Part shown: positions 1 through 9,254 of the stretch, piece after piece
Position numbering within the stretch: the first letter of the stretch is position 1
Layout: every line of letters starts with the position of its first letter
From: Chlamydiales bacterium
Lineage (GTDB): Bacteria; Chlamydiota; Chlamydiia; Chlamydiales; JBDQID01
Assembly: GCA_047611865.1 (NCBI GenBank)
Contig: JBLFWS010000013.1
Span: forward strand, 1 to 35,737
Reading direction: 5' to 3'
Length of the DNA: 35,737 nt
Translations under genes and position numbers: made by a program
Notes under the pieces: generated by a model
What the model was told of the DNA's origin: nothing
Databases searched by the model: none
Seen by the model: only the letters and a program-made list of their open reading frames with translations

Positions 1-156
1 AAAACCTGTCGATGATTCGTAGGATTGCCCTCAACTTTTTGAAGCAGGATAAAACTGTGAAAGCAGGGATTGAGATAAAACGGCAGAAGGCTGGGTGGGA
101 TAACAATTACCTATTGTCTGTGTTAGGCGTAAAGTTTTCTTCATGAAATCGCCCTG
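1..156 (+). mobile_element. 3' end of an ISAs1-family insertion sequence, truncated by the window edge
   Basis: Carries the transposase C-terminus. The element ends TCATGAAATCGCCCTG (141-156), whose reverse complement begins CAGGGC, typical of ISAs1/H-repeat inverted repeats. Confidence 0.85.
3..146 (+). CDS. ISAs1-family transposase, C-terminal fragment (partial)
   Basis: Manual translation gives NLSMIRRIALNFLKQDKTVKAGIEIKRQKAGWDNNYLLSVLGVKFSS*. This matches the ISAs1 C-terminal pattern N..RRIALN.LK...KR.KAGWD..YL..VL. Not in the ORF track. Confidence 0.88.
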   Translation, partial: NLSMIRRIALNFLKQDKTVKAGIEIKRQKAGWDNNYLLSVLGVKFSS

Positions 157-200
157 TAGTAAACATACTTTATTATAGATCAATCTGGGAGAGGCATCAA

Positions 201-673
201 ATGACTATTGCGAAGAAGCTCAAAGAGTATCTCGACAATGAAGGCGTTAGCTATGAACTCCATCAACACCCTACTGCTTATACTGCCGCAGAGATTGCAG
301 GGAGTCAGCATATACCCGGTAAAGAGTTTGTAAAAGCCGTCATCATCAAAGCTGATAACAGCTTCCAAATGTGTGTCCTTTCTGCGATTCATGTCCTTGA
401 TTTTGACAAAATGAAAAACGCAATTGGTGCACAAGAGGTTTCTCTAGCTTCTGAGAGTGAAATCGGCAAGCTTTTCCCGACTATGAGTTGGGAGCTGAAC
501 CTCCCCTCGGAGAACTCGAAGGCTTAAAGGTTTGGGCGGACAGCTATTTGGAAGAAAATAGCAGAGAAGTTTATTTTAACGGGGGGACACACACTGACAC
601 TGTTAAGCTAGGCTTTAAAGACTATAAGAAGCTCGCCAATCCCACATTTGTAGACTTTGGCACACATATTTAA
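201..673 (+). pseudogene. YbaK/EbsC (aminoacyl-tRNA deacylase) family gene split by a -1 frameshift at about 473-479
   Basis: ORF 201..527 has the N-terminal half (HPTAYTA, VKAVIIK). The -1 frame from 479 continues DYELGAEPPLG...VYFNGGTHT. Joined at KLFP|DYELGAEPP they give a full-length protein of about 157 aa. Confidence 0.85.
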
Positions 674-735
674 CTTAAAGTCTCCTGCCGGATGGTAATG
701 GTATCCTAAGGTCAATATGGCGGGATATACAGAGG

Positions 736-772
736 CCTGTTACATCACATTTTTGCTGTAGCAGGTTTTTTT
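736..772 (+). terminator. Intrinsic terminator
   Basis: CCTGTTACA...TGTAGCAGG stem with one G-U pair, followed by T7, between convergent genes. Confidence 0.7.
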
Positions 773-774
773 AT

Positions 775-1077
775 TTATTCCTTTTGACAACCAAAGGTAG
801 GGTCCCCTTTTACTATTTCTAATGCGTGCAAAGCTGCTTGGGCCTTTACGTCTACGTTTGCATTAGAATTCTCTATTGCGCCTATTAACCCAGCAGGAAT
901 GAGGGGATGGTCAATAGTATTTATGTCATTCCCAGTAGCAGAGGTGTCCGGCAAAGCAGATCCAGCCAAGCCTCCCAAAATCAACTCTCTATTACTGTCA
1001 CTTTTATTTGATCCGTTATTTTCTGGTTCTATTGGAACTCCGCCAATAGGAGAATTTCCATCCGTTGCTCTAACCAT
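775..1077 (-). CDS. Hypothetical protein, candidate T3SS substrate
   Basis: GAGGT RBS upstream of the ATG. Disordered G/N/S/P-rich N-terminus. Last gene of the run that includes the SycD chaperone. Confidence 0.65.
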   Translation of the reverse strand: MVRATDGNSPIGGVPIEPENNGSNKSDSNRELILGGLAGSALPDTSATGNDINTIDHPLIPAGLIGAIENSNANVDVKAQAALHALEIVKGDPTFGCQKE

Positions 1078-1099
1078 TCTTTACCTCATGAATTTTCGA

Positions 1100-1309
1100 T
1101 CACTTTACCAGATTAAATTCTCTAAATATCAAGATGAAGCCATTCTTGAGTCGATCATGGTATTCCTGATAGGCTTCGCTCGTGGATGATTTTATCTCAA
1201 GAGGATCCAGGTTACTTTCTTCCACTTCCTCTTCGTGATCATCGAGCCACTTATTCATGGCATTTTGTAATTCTGCATCACTGTATTCGTAAGTTTCCGA
1301 GTCACTCAT
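1100..1309 (-). CDS. Small acidic hypothetical protein
   Basis: GAGGT RBS; 69 aa, D/E-rich; starts 12 bp after the chaperone stop. Confidence 0.65.
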   Translation of the reverse strand: MSDSETYEYSDAELQNAMNKWLDDHEEEVEESNLDPLEIKSSTSEAYQEYHDRLKNGFILIFREFNLVK

Positions 1310-1321
1310 ACTTACCTCGCG

Positions 1322-1825
1322 CTAATTTTGCTTCTGTTTGAGTTTTTCCAGAAACTTGATGGCTTCCGGTTCCAGGGCTTCATAATCTGGAGAGAGTGAA
1401 CACTTTTCGATGCATATCTCTACAAATTCTTTAGCTGAATTAATTTCCCCCAGACGATAATAACAATCCGCAATATTGTAATAGACAAAGGCATTGTCTT
1501 TATCTACTGACATCGCCATGGAGTAATCAAAAAGAGCTCCCTTGTAATCCCTTTCTATTTTATCACATAGACCAAGACCTAGCCAAAAATGGCCGACGTA
1601 AGGGTTTAGAGCTGTCAAAACAAGGAATACGTCACTTGCATCCTGAAACCTTTCTTGCTCACAAAGCCAACGAGCAAATTGATAAAAATCCTGCATCTGA
1701 CTTTCAGTAAAACCAAAAGCCTGCTGAAAAAGGATTCCATCATCTTTGAATTTTTGCACCTGATCAGGATCTTGAACCATGTCATTTAATTTTCTTACCC
1801 TATCAGTAAATGACGACTCTTCCAT
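1322..1825 (-). CDS. SycD/LcrH-family (class II) type III secretion chaperone, TPR protein
   Basis: 167 aa, acidic. FGFTESQMQDFYQFA...FQDASDVFLVLTALNPYVGHFWLGLG...YYNIADCY gives three TPR-like repeats in the LcrH/SycD pattern. Confidence 0.8.
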   Translation of the reverse strand: MEESSFTDRVRKLNDMVQDPDQVQKFKDDGILFQQAFGFTESQMQDFYQFARWLCEQERFQDASDVFLVLTALNPYVGHFWLGLGLCDKIERDYKGALFDYSMAMSVDKDNAFVYYNIADCYYRLGEINSAKEFVEICIEKCSLSPDYEALEPEAIKFLEKLKQKQN

Positions 1826-1851
1826 TTTGTGATCTCCCCATGAAATGAGAA

Positions 1852-4800
1852 TTACTTACTTGTTGCCGTATACACTCCATCCCACTCCTCTCCGAGTGGA
1901 ACAGGAGGGTTCTCTTTAAACCCTTCACTACGCTTGATAAATACATGAGAAGGAGTTGTCTTACATCCCCCATTTCTGTCGGGATGATGTATCTCGTAAG
2001 GCATGCACTCTTCAAACTTTGCAATAGCTTCATCCCACTTTTGCTGCTCATAAAGATCTTTGCCCTCAGTGAACAGCTGGGCTAACTTGAGACGGTCCTC
2101 TGGAGCATCATCCTTATCAATCCACAATAATTCATAGGTAACCACTGGGATAGATTTTCCCATAACCTTGACTTTGTCAATTGGACGATATAATAAATTA
2201 CCCGAAGGAGCCGCAAGATCAAGAGTATCCTGACTACACATGGTAAAAACACCATACTGTTTAGCCCCTTCTTCCAAACGAGCCGCAAGGTTCACAGCGT
2301 CACCCATCATCGTATAGTTCATTCGAACGGCACAGCCCATGTTACCCGTCACAATAGGACCGGAATTTACGCCAATACGCATACGCATGTCTTTAACGAT
2401 TTGCGGCCACTTATCACCCTCTGATGTCCACTTAGCTCTTAACTCATCAAGTTGGTCCTGCATTTTTAGACCTATCACACAACCCGCATAAGCATGATTT
2501 GGGGAAGGCAATGGCGCACCAATAAAAGCAATAATAGCATCACCTTCATACTTATCCAGGGTACCACCATTGTTAAGGAGTATAGTTGTCATAGCTTCAA
2601 GATATTCGTTGAGAAGCTCCACCAGTTTCGTCGGTGACCCGAGCATTTCAGAAAAGCTGGAAAAACTTTGGATATCGGTAAAGTATGCAGTCAGAACATT
2701 TTCCTCACCGCCAAGCTTTGGGCTTACTCCCGAATCCACCATCTGTTCGATCAATTCTGGTGACATATAGCTCTTAAAGGCGTCGGTCATAAAACGCTTT
2801 TCCCGACCTTCCACGAAAAAGTTCACCAAAATCACTGTGATACCAATGGCTAGAGTACTAAGCCAAGGATATACGAATTCGAAAATCACACCCAATTCCA
2901 CCATGCTATAATAAGCAAATCCAGGGAGAAATGATAACATTCCAGCCATAAAAACAGCTGCGAGCCACGGCCCAGTAAAGGCAATCAATGCGCTCAAAAT
3001 GAGCCCACCAGCCAAGATACCAAAGAAAGTGTACAAAGTGCCAAGGTCTCCCAGGTCAACAAGAAAATCTTCCGTTATCATATTGTCAAGCATCGTAGCG
3101 TGAACTTCCAATCCCGGAAAGGCTGGTCTAAAAGGGCTACCCACAAGGTCAGAAAGAGTAGGGTCTGTTGATCCCAGGATAATGTATTTGTTAGTAAAAG
3201 TTCCTGGTTCAAAGCGTTTGTAGAGGACGTCCGATATGGAAATATATTTCATATGGTAATCTGAAGGGAACTTGGCGTCAGGTGCCCATTTCCCTCCATA
3301 ACCGAGGTAGTTGACGCGTATGTCTCCTTTAAAATCCAAAGGGATAAACTTTTCCTGAGCTTGTATGCGAGGGAATTCCCGCGGCTCAATACCCAGGTCT
3401 TCCATAACCGCATTGTAGCCAAAAGTGACGCTCTCGTCTCTCTTTAAGAGGACGCCCCTTTGTCCTCCACGATATACAGCTTGAGCATTGTTATATCCGT
3501 TTGCAACCCGTAACATCTCTAGGGCAATAGAGGGGTATACATTAAAGTTTTCCAAGAGCTTCAATTCGTAGTTATTGGGATCCATTGCTGCAGCACCCGT
3601 AAGTACCAATCCATCCTTAGGAGCAAAGATCTCTTCGACAACCGGCGCTTTTAGAAACATGGTATAAAATCGTGCAGCTCCAGACTTATCCGGAACAATG
3701 TTAAACATTCCCTGGAAGTTAGTCCCCGCCTGAAGAGCTGGAACATTGAGTACCTGATAATTAGCTTGCCTCATGCTGTCAAAAACATTCTCGGCATTCC
3801 AGATTGGTGATGCCTGTACCATCCCTGTTGTGGGTTTCAACTCATCTCCAAGAACCCCTCCACCGGAGCGTCCCCCTAAGATAAAAAGTCCTCCAGCAAC
3901 AACGGGAGCCTCTCCCATGGCCGCGCCCAGGTCTTCATCATTGTCTCGAATAAGTGGAGCCCCATTAACGAGGACATCAGGATCTTCCCAAGTCGTCCCA
4001 AGAAAGAAAAGGTTTCCTGATTCCCTAGCCATTTTCAATATAGGAACTAAAGGCGGGACATAATCTTTTATCGGGTATTCTCTACCATTGCTTCCTTCTT
4101 CTTCCTGAAATTTTTTCTGGTCCGCATACCACTGTGCTTCGTCATTTTCTAAAAATCTTTCCACAACGACTTCTTCATAATCTTCATCTTCTTCGTCAGT
4201 CCAGAAATCCTCATCTGCCTCTTCGAATCTATTCTGCCAAAATTTAAGTGAAGCCTTGCGTATTTTATCTCCAGCAACGGTAAAGTTCCATTCTTCATCC
4301 TTTATACTTGCTTTACTTTCTTCCAAGGTGGCCCCAGGAAAAAGCATATCAATACCTGTGGCATCCAATCTCCCAACCCAGTCTTTCATAGAATACCGAC
4401 CAGGTTCAGCATACACAATATCGAAGCAAATTACGCGGGCGCCATCTTCCTGAAGGTTTCTCACCACTCTTGCTGATTCCGACCTAGGCCAAGGCCACTG
4501 CCCTACAGTTTCCAGACTATATTGATCAATATCTACGATAACTACATCGCCCGATGGTTTTTTGGGGCCTCGTGTAACAAAGAAGGCATCTTGCATACGG
4601 TTGTTCAAACCATCTATCAACTCTCTAAGCGCAGTCGGTTGGTTAAAGCTGAAATAGGCTAGCATAATGACAAGGATCGTACCCACCTGAAAGGACTGTC
4701 TGTCAATAAGAACCATGAAAATGGTTACAGAAAACATTATCATCAAAAAAAAGCCATTCGCACCTAAATAATTTCCTCCGAAAAAAATGGAATAGATGAA

Positions 4801-4920
4801 GCCACCCATTACACCTGCCCAAAAAAGTAGGCCTAAAATTCGGTATAAAGTGAAATATCGCTTTTTCTTCTTGCCACCACCTTCCTGATCTTCTTCCTGC
4901 TCTTCTTCACCATCAGCCAT
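1852..4920 (-). CDS. Membrane CHASE2-domain class III adenylate cyclase
   Basis: CHASE2 motifs VVIVDIDQYSL..GQWPWPR, FDIVYAEP and PGLEVHA, then three TM helices. Cyclase motifs FTDIQSFS, DKYEGDAI and NYTMMGDAVNLAARLE; the Lys and Thr specificity residues indicate ATP. Confidence 0.93.
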   Translation of the reverse strand: MADGEEEQEEDQEGGGKKKKRYFTLYRILGLLFWAGVMGGFIYSIFFGGNYLGANGFFLMIMFSVTIFMVLIDRQSFQVGTILVIMLAYFSFNQPTALRELIDGLNNRMQDAFFVTRGPKKPSGDVVIVDIDQYSLETVGQWPWPRSESARVVRNLQEDGARVICFDIVYAEPGRYSMKDWVGRLDATGIDMLFPGATLEESKASIKDEEWNFTVAGDKIRKASLKFWQNRFEEADEDFWTDEEDEDYEEVVVERFLENDEAQWYADQKKFQEEEGSNGREYPIKDYVPPLVPILKMARESGNLFFLGTTWEDPDVLVNGAPLIRDNDEDLGAAMGEAPVVAGGLFILGGRSGGGVLGDELKPTTGMVQASPIWNAENVFDSMRQANYQVLNVPALQAGTNFQGMFNIVPDKSGAARFYTMFLKAPVVEEIFAPKDGLVLTGAAAMDPNNYELKLLENFNVYPSIALEMLRVANGYNNAQAVYRGGQRGVLLKRDESVTFGYNAVMEDLGIEPREFPRIQAQEKFIPLDFKGDIRVNYLGYGGKWAPDAKFPSDYHMKYISISDVLYKRFEPGTFTNKYIILGSTDPTLSDLVGSPFRPAFPGLEVHATMLDNMITEDFLVDLGDLGTLYTFFGILAGGLILSALIAFTGPWLAAVFMAGMLSFLPGFAYYSMVELGVIFEFVYPWLSTLAIGITVILVNFFVEGREKRFMTDAFKSYMSPELIEQMVDSGVSPKLGGEENVLTAYFTDIQSFSSFSEMLGSPTKLVELLNEYLEAMTTILLNNGGTLDKYEGDAIIAFIGAPLPSPNHAYAGCVIGLKMQDQLDELRAKWTSEGDKWPQIVKDMRMRIGVNSGPIVTGNMGCAVRMNYTMMGDAVNLAARLEEGAKQYGVFTMCSQDTLDLAAPSGNLLYRPIDKVKVMGKSIPVVTYELLWIDKDDAPEDRLKLAQLFTEGKDLYEQQKWDEAIAKFEECMPYEIHHPDRNGGCKTTPSHVFIKRSEGFKENPPVPLGEEWDGVYTATSK

Positions 4921-5241
4921 GTGCCCATCCTAGACTTATGCTTATTCTCTCTGTATCAAAGACCTACACATTTCCACCTACTTAAAACAAGGCCGCAAGG
5001 TCCAAAAAAATTATTATCCTAGATTGTTATCGGTAGATTCCCTTTTTTCTTTATCCCAAAATATCGTGCTTTGAATTGAGAATTCCTAAATTTTGGCTAG
5101 TTCAACTTCTACGTTTCTGAACAGGAATATCCAAACTAGAATTTAAAGGTTCATTCGCATAAGAATGTGTCGATATAAAGCGCCTCACGGGCTTCGAAAT
5201 ACACCCCTCCTGAAAACTCTAAACATACAGAGAGAACTTAC

Positions 5242-6069
5242 ATGTTTGATAAAAATATTCTTCAAGGACAAGCGGGCATAATCACAGGCGGAACCTCAGG
5301 AATTGGATTCGCAATTGCAAAATATCTACTAGAGCATGGAGCAAAGGTAACCATCACAGGCCGCAACGAAGAAAAAATGGAAGCCGCTGTAGCCGAACTT
5401 GGTGAAAACGCATCGGGTGTTATAGGGGACGTTCGTAAATCTGATGAAATAGCAAGTAATGTTGACAGACACATGGAACAAAACGGAAAGATAGACTTCC
5501 TTATCAATAATGCTGCTGGCAATTTCCTATGCCCATTGGAAGGGATGACAGAAAACGCCTTCCGTTCCGTTTACGACATAGTAGGCCTGGGGACTTTTCT
5601 CTGGTCTCAAGCAGTACATCCTCATATGAAAAAACAAAAAGCCGGCCGTATTATCAACACCGGAACAACCTATGCCTTTGGTCATGGGGCTCTTGTTGGA
5701 CACTCCGGCGCCGCAAAAGCCGCCGTTCTCAACCTGACAAAAACTATGGCTGTTGAGTGGGGCCCTCAGGGAATCCTTACTAATATGATTGCTCCCGGCC
5801 CAGTCGAAGGTACTGAGGGTGTGAAAAAACTCATGGGTGATGAAAGAGCGCAGAGAGCGATGATGCCCTTCTTTCCTGTAAAGCGCATGGCTGAAGGATG
5901 GGAAATTGGTGCATTAGCTACTTTCCTCCTTTCTCCATTGTCTGCCTATATTAATGGCGTCGTTATCCCTATTGACGGAGGCCTTCACCTTACGAGTCCA
6001 GGACTTATTCCTCCTATCTTCCCCCCTGAAGCCTTAAACATACGCAAGCCAAAAGCTGCTACTGCGTAG
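5242..6069 (+). CDS. SDR oxidoreductase, 2,4-dienoyl-CoA reductase-like
   Basis: TGGTSGIG, NNAAGNF, HSGAAKAAV and IAPGPVEGTEG are characteristic of DECR-type SDRs. Confidence 0.85.
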   Translation: MFDKNILQGQAGIITGGTSGIGFAIAKYLLEHGAKVTITGRNEEKMEAAVAELGENASGVIGDVRKSDEIASNVDRHMEQNGKIDFLINNAAGNFLCPLEGMTENAFRSVYDIVGLGTFLWSQAVHPHMKKQKAGRIINTGTTYAFGHGALVGHSGAAKAAVLNLTKTMAVEWGPQGILTNMIAPGPVEGTEGVKKLMGDERAQRAMMPFFPVKRMAEGWEIGALATFLLSPLSAYINGVVIPIDGGLHLTSPGLIPPIFPPEALNIRKPKAATA

Positions 6070-6071
6070 AC

Positions 6072-6105
6072 AAAAAAAAAGCCCCCTTTAATAAAAGGGG
6101 GCTTT
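6072..6105. terminator. Bidirectional intrinsic terminator
   Basis: A9-GCCCCCTTT-AAT-AAAAGGGGGC-TTT between convergent genes; T9 tail on the minus strand. Confidence 0.85.
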
Positions 6106-6132
6106 AGAAGACTTCAATAAGAAATAGCTAAA

Positions 6133-6753
6133 TTACTTAACGTTTTCTACGAGGTCTTTCTTCTTAACTGTAACATTCAGAATCTTCTGAACTTCTACAG
6201 GCTTATCACCATAAGATGTCTTCATATTTTCGATTTTCTCGACGATATCATATCCAGTGATCACTTCACCAAAGATGGTGTGGCGCATGTTGAGCCAAGG
6301 TGTTTCAGCTGTAGTGATAAAGAACTGACTACCATTAGTATCTGGTCCGGCATTAGCCATAGCAAGGATACCTGGACGGTCAAAGACTACGTCTACATTT
6401 ACTTCATCTTCAAATGACTCACCCCAAACGGACTGGCCGCCGGCACCGGTTCCTGTAGGGTCTCCGCCCTGAACCATAAAGCCTTTAATTACACGGTGAA
6501 AAATCACTCCGTTGTAGTAACCATCCTCAGCTAAGCGAATAAGATTTTCGCAAGCTTTTGGGGCTACATCAGGCTTTAAAGCGATTTCAATATTACCTTG
6601 ATTCGTTTCAATAACGATAATTGGATTGATTGGCATCATAAACTGTCTCTCCGTTGCTTCAATACTTTTATTATTTAGAATGAGAAACGCAAGGAACAAA
6701 AAAACTTTTGTCATAGATCTTGCCATAGTGCATATCTCCTCATTTCTAAGCAC
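6133..6753 (-). CDS. Cyclophilin-type peptidyl-prolyl cis-trans isomerase with N-terminal signal-like segment (start may be further downstream)
   Basis: FHRVIKGFMVQGGDPTGTGAGG, LAMANAGPDTNGSQFFIT and WLNMRHTIFG. Confidence 0.95.
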   Translation of the reverse strand: MLRNEEICTMARSMTKVFLFLAFLILNNKSIEATERQFMMPINPIIVIETNQGNIEIALKPDVAPKACENLIRLAEDGYYNGVIFHRVIKGFMVQGGDPTGTGAGGQSVWGESFEDEVNVDVVFDRPGILAMANAGPDTNGSQFFITTAETPWLNMRHTIFGEVITGYDIVEKIENMKTSYGDKPVEVQKILNVTVKKKDLVENVK

Positions 6754-6901
6754 TTGATAGTCATAAAAGAATACACTATCGGCCCATTAAAAGAAAGTTT
6801 ATTCTAGAGGAAGTCCTCAGTTACAAAATAAGTATATAGGGTAAATTTTAAATTTAAGCTATAATTTTAATAGTGCTCTCCAAACTAAAGATCGGAACGC
6901 T

Positions 6902-8350
6902 ATGACAGAGGAAAGCGATACCTACTCACCCCTTGTAGAGAAAACTGACGCCCTTAATCTATCCCATTTTTTTGAAAACATCATCAATGGCATTTATAAT
7001 CAGGTTCTTGAAGAAAATTGTATCTGTATTGACGGTGGAGCCAATCATGGCCTTCATACTCTGCCTATGGCTAAACTCGTAGGTCCTGGCGGCAAAGTAC
7101 TGGCATTTGAACCTGTTGAGGAAAGCGCCGAATTTTTACGTGACAAATTGTGCTCTCATGATCTTGACGATCATGTCGAAGTTTACCAATATGCGCTTTC
7201 TAATGTCGATGATATGAAAGACTTTATCATTATCGCCGATGATTCTGGCTATAGTGGCCTTCATGACAGGGGGGACCTTCCCAACAGCAGACGAATTGTT
7301 AGGAGTATCATCACAACAAAAATTGATAGCGTCATGGCTTCTCTTGATTATAAGAGGCTGGACTTTATCAAATTGGACCTCGAAGGTGGTGAATTTGACG
7401 CCTTACAGGGAGCCTACAAGTCTATCCAAAATTTCCGCCCTATCATTGTTTTTGAAAGCGGAAAAGAAATGTCTGCCAAACTTTATAAATATACAAAGAC
7501 CCAGTTTTTCAAATTCATGAAGAAGATTGATTACGCGGTCTTTGATATTCTAGGTGATGTATTCACCCTAAACAAATGGAAACAGCTAACTCCTTGGTAT
7601 TTTGTCGCTATTCCAAAAGAAACACTCTCCTTGAATAAAGAACTAGCTCACTCGATCCACCTAAAGACTCTTTTAAAACAATCTTCAAAGCCACGAGCGT
7701 TCCCTGCGAAAAAACAAAGACAAGCCTACCCCCGAAAAATCAAACTCGTCAAAAAAGGGGGGAAATCTGTAAAAGAATACAGCATAAAAGATTTTTATAA
7801 GTTGACCGGTATACACTATATCTATCAGATGGAGTTTGAAAACGAACAAATAGCAAAGCGAATTTACAAACAATGTTCGAAAGCTCTTAAAAACGATCAA
7901 ATAACGATAGAATGCCAATGGCTTGGAGTCCTTTACAGCCAAGATCTGCTCGAACACAGTATTGTCGATGTCAGTGTCCGATGGATAAATAAAGAAGTCG
8001 GCTACGGCCTTTTTGCTGAGAAAGACATTAAAGCAAAGGAATTCATTGGAGAGTATGCGGGATTAGTAAGAAAAGATGAGCCCGATAACCTCTATTCGTT
8101 CACTTACCCTACAAGTGACTTTAAAGGTTACTGGAAACATAATATTGATGCCGAGTTCTGGAGCAATGAAATTCGCTATGCCAACCATAGCGATAATCCC
8201 AATGCAGAATCTGCCGCACTCTTCCACGCCGGCCTGTTAAAAATCATCATCCGAGCACTCAAAGATATTGATGCCGGATCCCAAATTACTTATGACTATT
8301 CACAATCCTATTGGGAAGCTCTTGAAAAAACTCCTGATCCTAGTATCTAG
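6902..8350 (+). CDS. Fusion of an FkbM-family SAM methyltransferase and a SET-domain lysine methyltransferase
   Basis: N-half: IDGGANHG, VLAFEP, FIKLDLEGGE, RPIIVFE. C-half: GYGLFAEKDI..FIGEYAG, RYANHSDNPNA, QITYDY. One uninterrupted ORF. Confidence 0.88.
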   Translation: MTEESDTYSPLVEKTDALNLSHFFENIINGIYNQVLEENCICIDGGANHGLHTLPMAKLVGPGGKVLAFEPVEESAEFLRDKLCSHDLDDHVEVYQYALSNVDDMKDFIIIADDSGYSGLHDRGDLPNSRRIVRSIITTKIDSVMASLDYKRLDFIKLDLEGGEFDALQGAYKSIQNFRPIIVFESGKEMSAKLYKYTKTQFFKFMKKIDYAVFDILGDVFTLNKWKQLTPWYFVAIPKETLSLNKELAHSIHLKTLLKQSSKPRAFPAKKQRQAYPRKIKLVKKGGKSVKEYSIKDFYKLTGIHYIYQMEFENEQIAKRIYKQCSKALKNDQITIECQWLGVLYSQDLLEHSIVDVSVRWINKEVGYGLFAEKDIKAKEFIGEYAGLVRKDEPDNLYSFTYPTSDFKGYWKHNIDAEFWSNEIRYANHSDNPNAESAALFHAGLLKIIIRALKDIDAGSQITYDYSQSYWEALEKTPDPSI

Positions 8351-8365
8351 ATAAGGAAGTAACTT

Positions 8366-9148
8366 GTGTTTTGCCGGCTATACGAATATCTTTTGACCAG
8401 TATCAGAAACTATACAAAGACAAAAAGCTCAATCCGTCTATCCAAAAAACAGACCATCCCCAGTAACCCCAAAGAAATTCCTATGCCTAAAGTGAAAAAA
8501 AACAATCCTCACATCATAAAATTTGCCAAGCGTGGGGAAAGTGAAATTAAAAAGTACAGCCCGGAAGACTTTGCAGAAGCCGCCGAACATATATACCTTC
8601 CCGGATTAGAATTTATTGATGAAAAAACCTTCGAAATCGTTAAAAAGCAGTGCGCACATGCCAAAGAAGTCGGCTTTGTCGACGAAGAAAGCTTATGGCT
8701 TGGGGCTCTACACTCCAAACAAATTAAACAACAATACGTTGCCGATGTTTCCATCCAGTGGATTGATGACACCTTAGGCTACGGTCTCTTTGCCGAAAAA
8801 GATATCAAAGCCTGGGAGTACATCGGAGAATATACGGGAGTCGTTAGAAAACGAAACCTGATCTTCAGAAATGTTAACGACTACTGTTTTTCTTACCCCA
8901 CCTCTGTTTTGAATTTTCGAAAGAACACCATTGACGCTCAAGATAAAGGCAATGAACTGCGCTATGCCAACCACAGCGATTTTCCCAACAGTGAGTCCAA
9001 TGCCGTATTATGTGATGACATTCTTCATATCATCATAAGAGCTATCAGAGATATCCCAGCAGGAACGCAGATTACCTATAATTATACAGATGTCTACTGG
9101 CAGTCCAGAACCCGTGTACCGAACCAGACAGAGACTCTTGATCATTAG
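8366..9148 (+). CDS. SET-domain protein-lysine methyltransferase (chlamydial NUE-like)
   Basis: GYGLFAEKDI, YIGEYTG, RYANHSDFPNS and QITYNY. GTG start with AAGGA RBS; alternative ATG at 8483. Confidence 0.9.
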   Translation: MFCRLYEYLLTSIRNYTKTKSSIRLSKKQTIPSNPKEIPMPKVKKNNPHIIKFAKRGESEIKKYSPEDFAEAAEHIYLPGLEFIDEKTFEIVKKQCAHAKEVGFVDEESLWLGALHSKQIKQQYVADVSIQWIDDTLGYGLFAEKDIKAWEYIGEYTGVVRKRNLIFRNVNDYCFSYPTSVLNFRKNTIDAQDKGNELRYANHSDFPNSESNAVLCDDILHIIIRAIRDIPAGTQITYNYTDVYWQSRTRVPNQTETLDH

Positions 9149-9254
9149 CGGCTGCGAACTAGTGAGATCGTTGGCATGGGAGACTGAGAGGGATGCAGGC
9201 GTGGAGGCCTAATTCAACACAGAGATACTTAGGTAAAGCGAAACAAAAAAAATA

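Noticed and set aside
682..726. Fluoride-riboswitch-like GGTAATGGTATC within a small stem-loop
   Set aside because: The P1 and pseudoknot partners are missing, and it lies 3' of a gene with no downstream ORF on that strand.
899..1189. 96-aa plus-strand ORF
   Set aside because: Antisense to two minus-strand ORFs that have clear RBSs and operon spacing.
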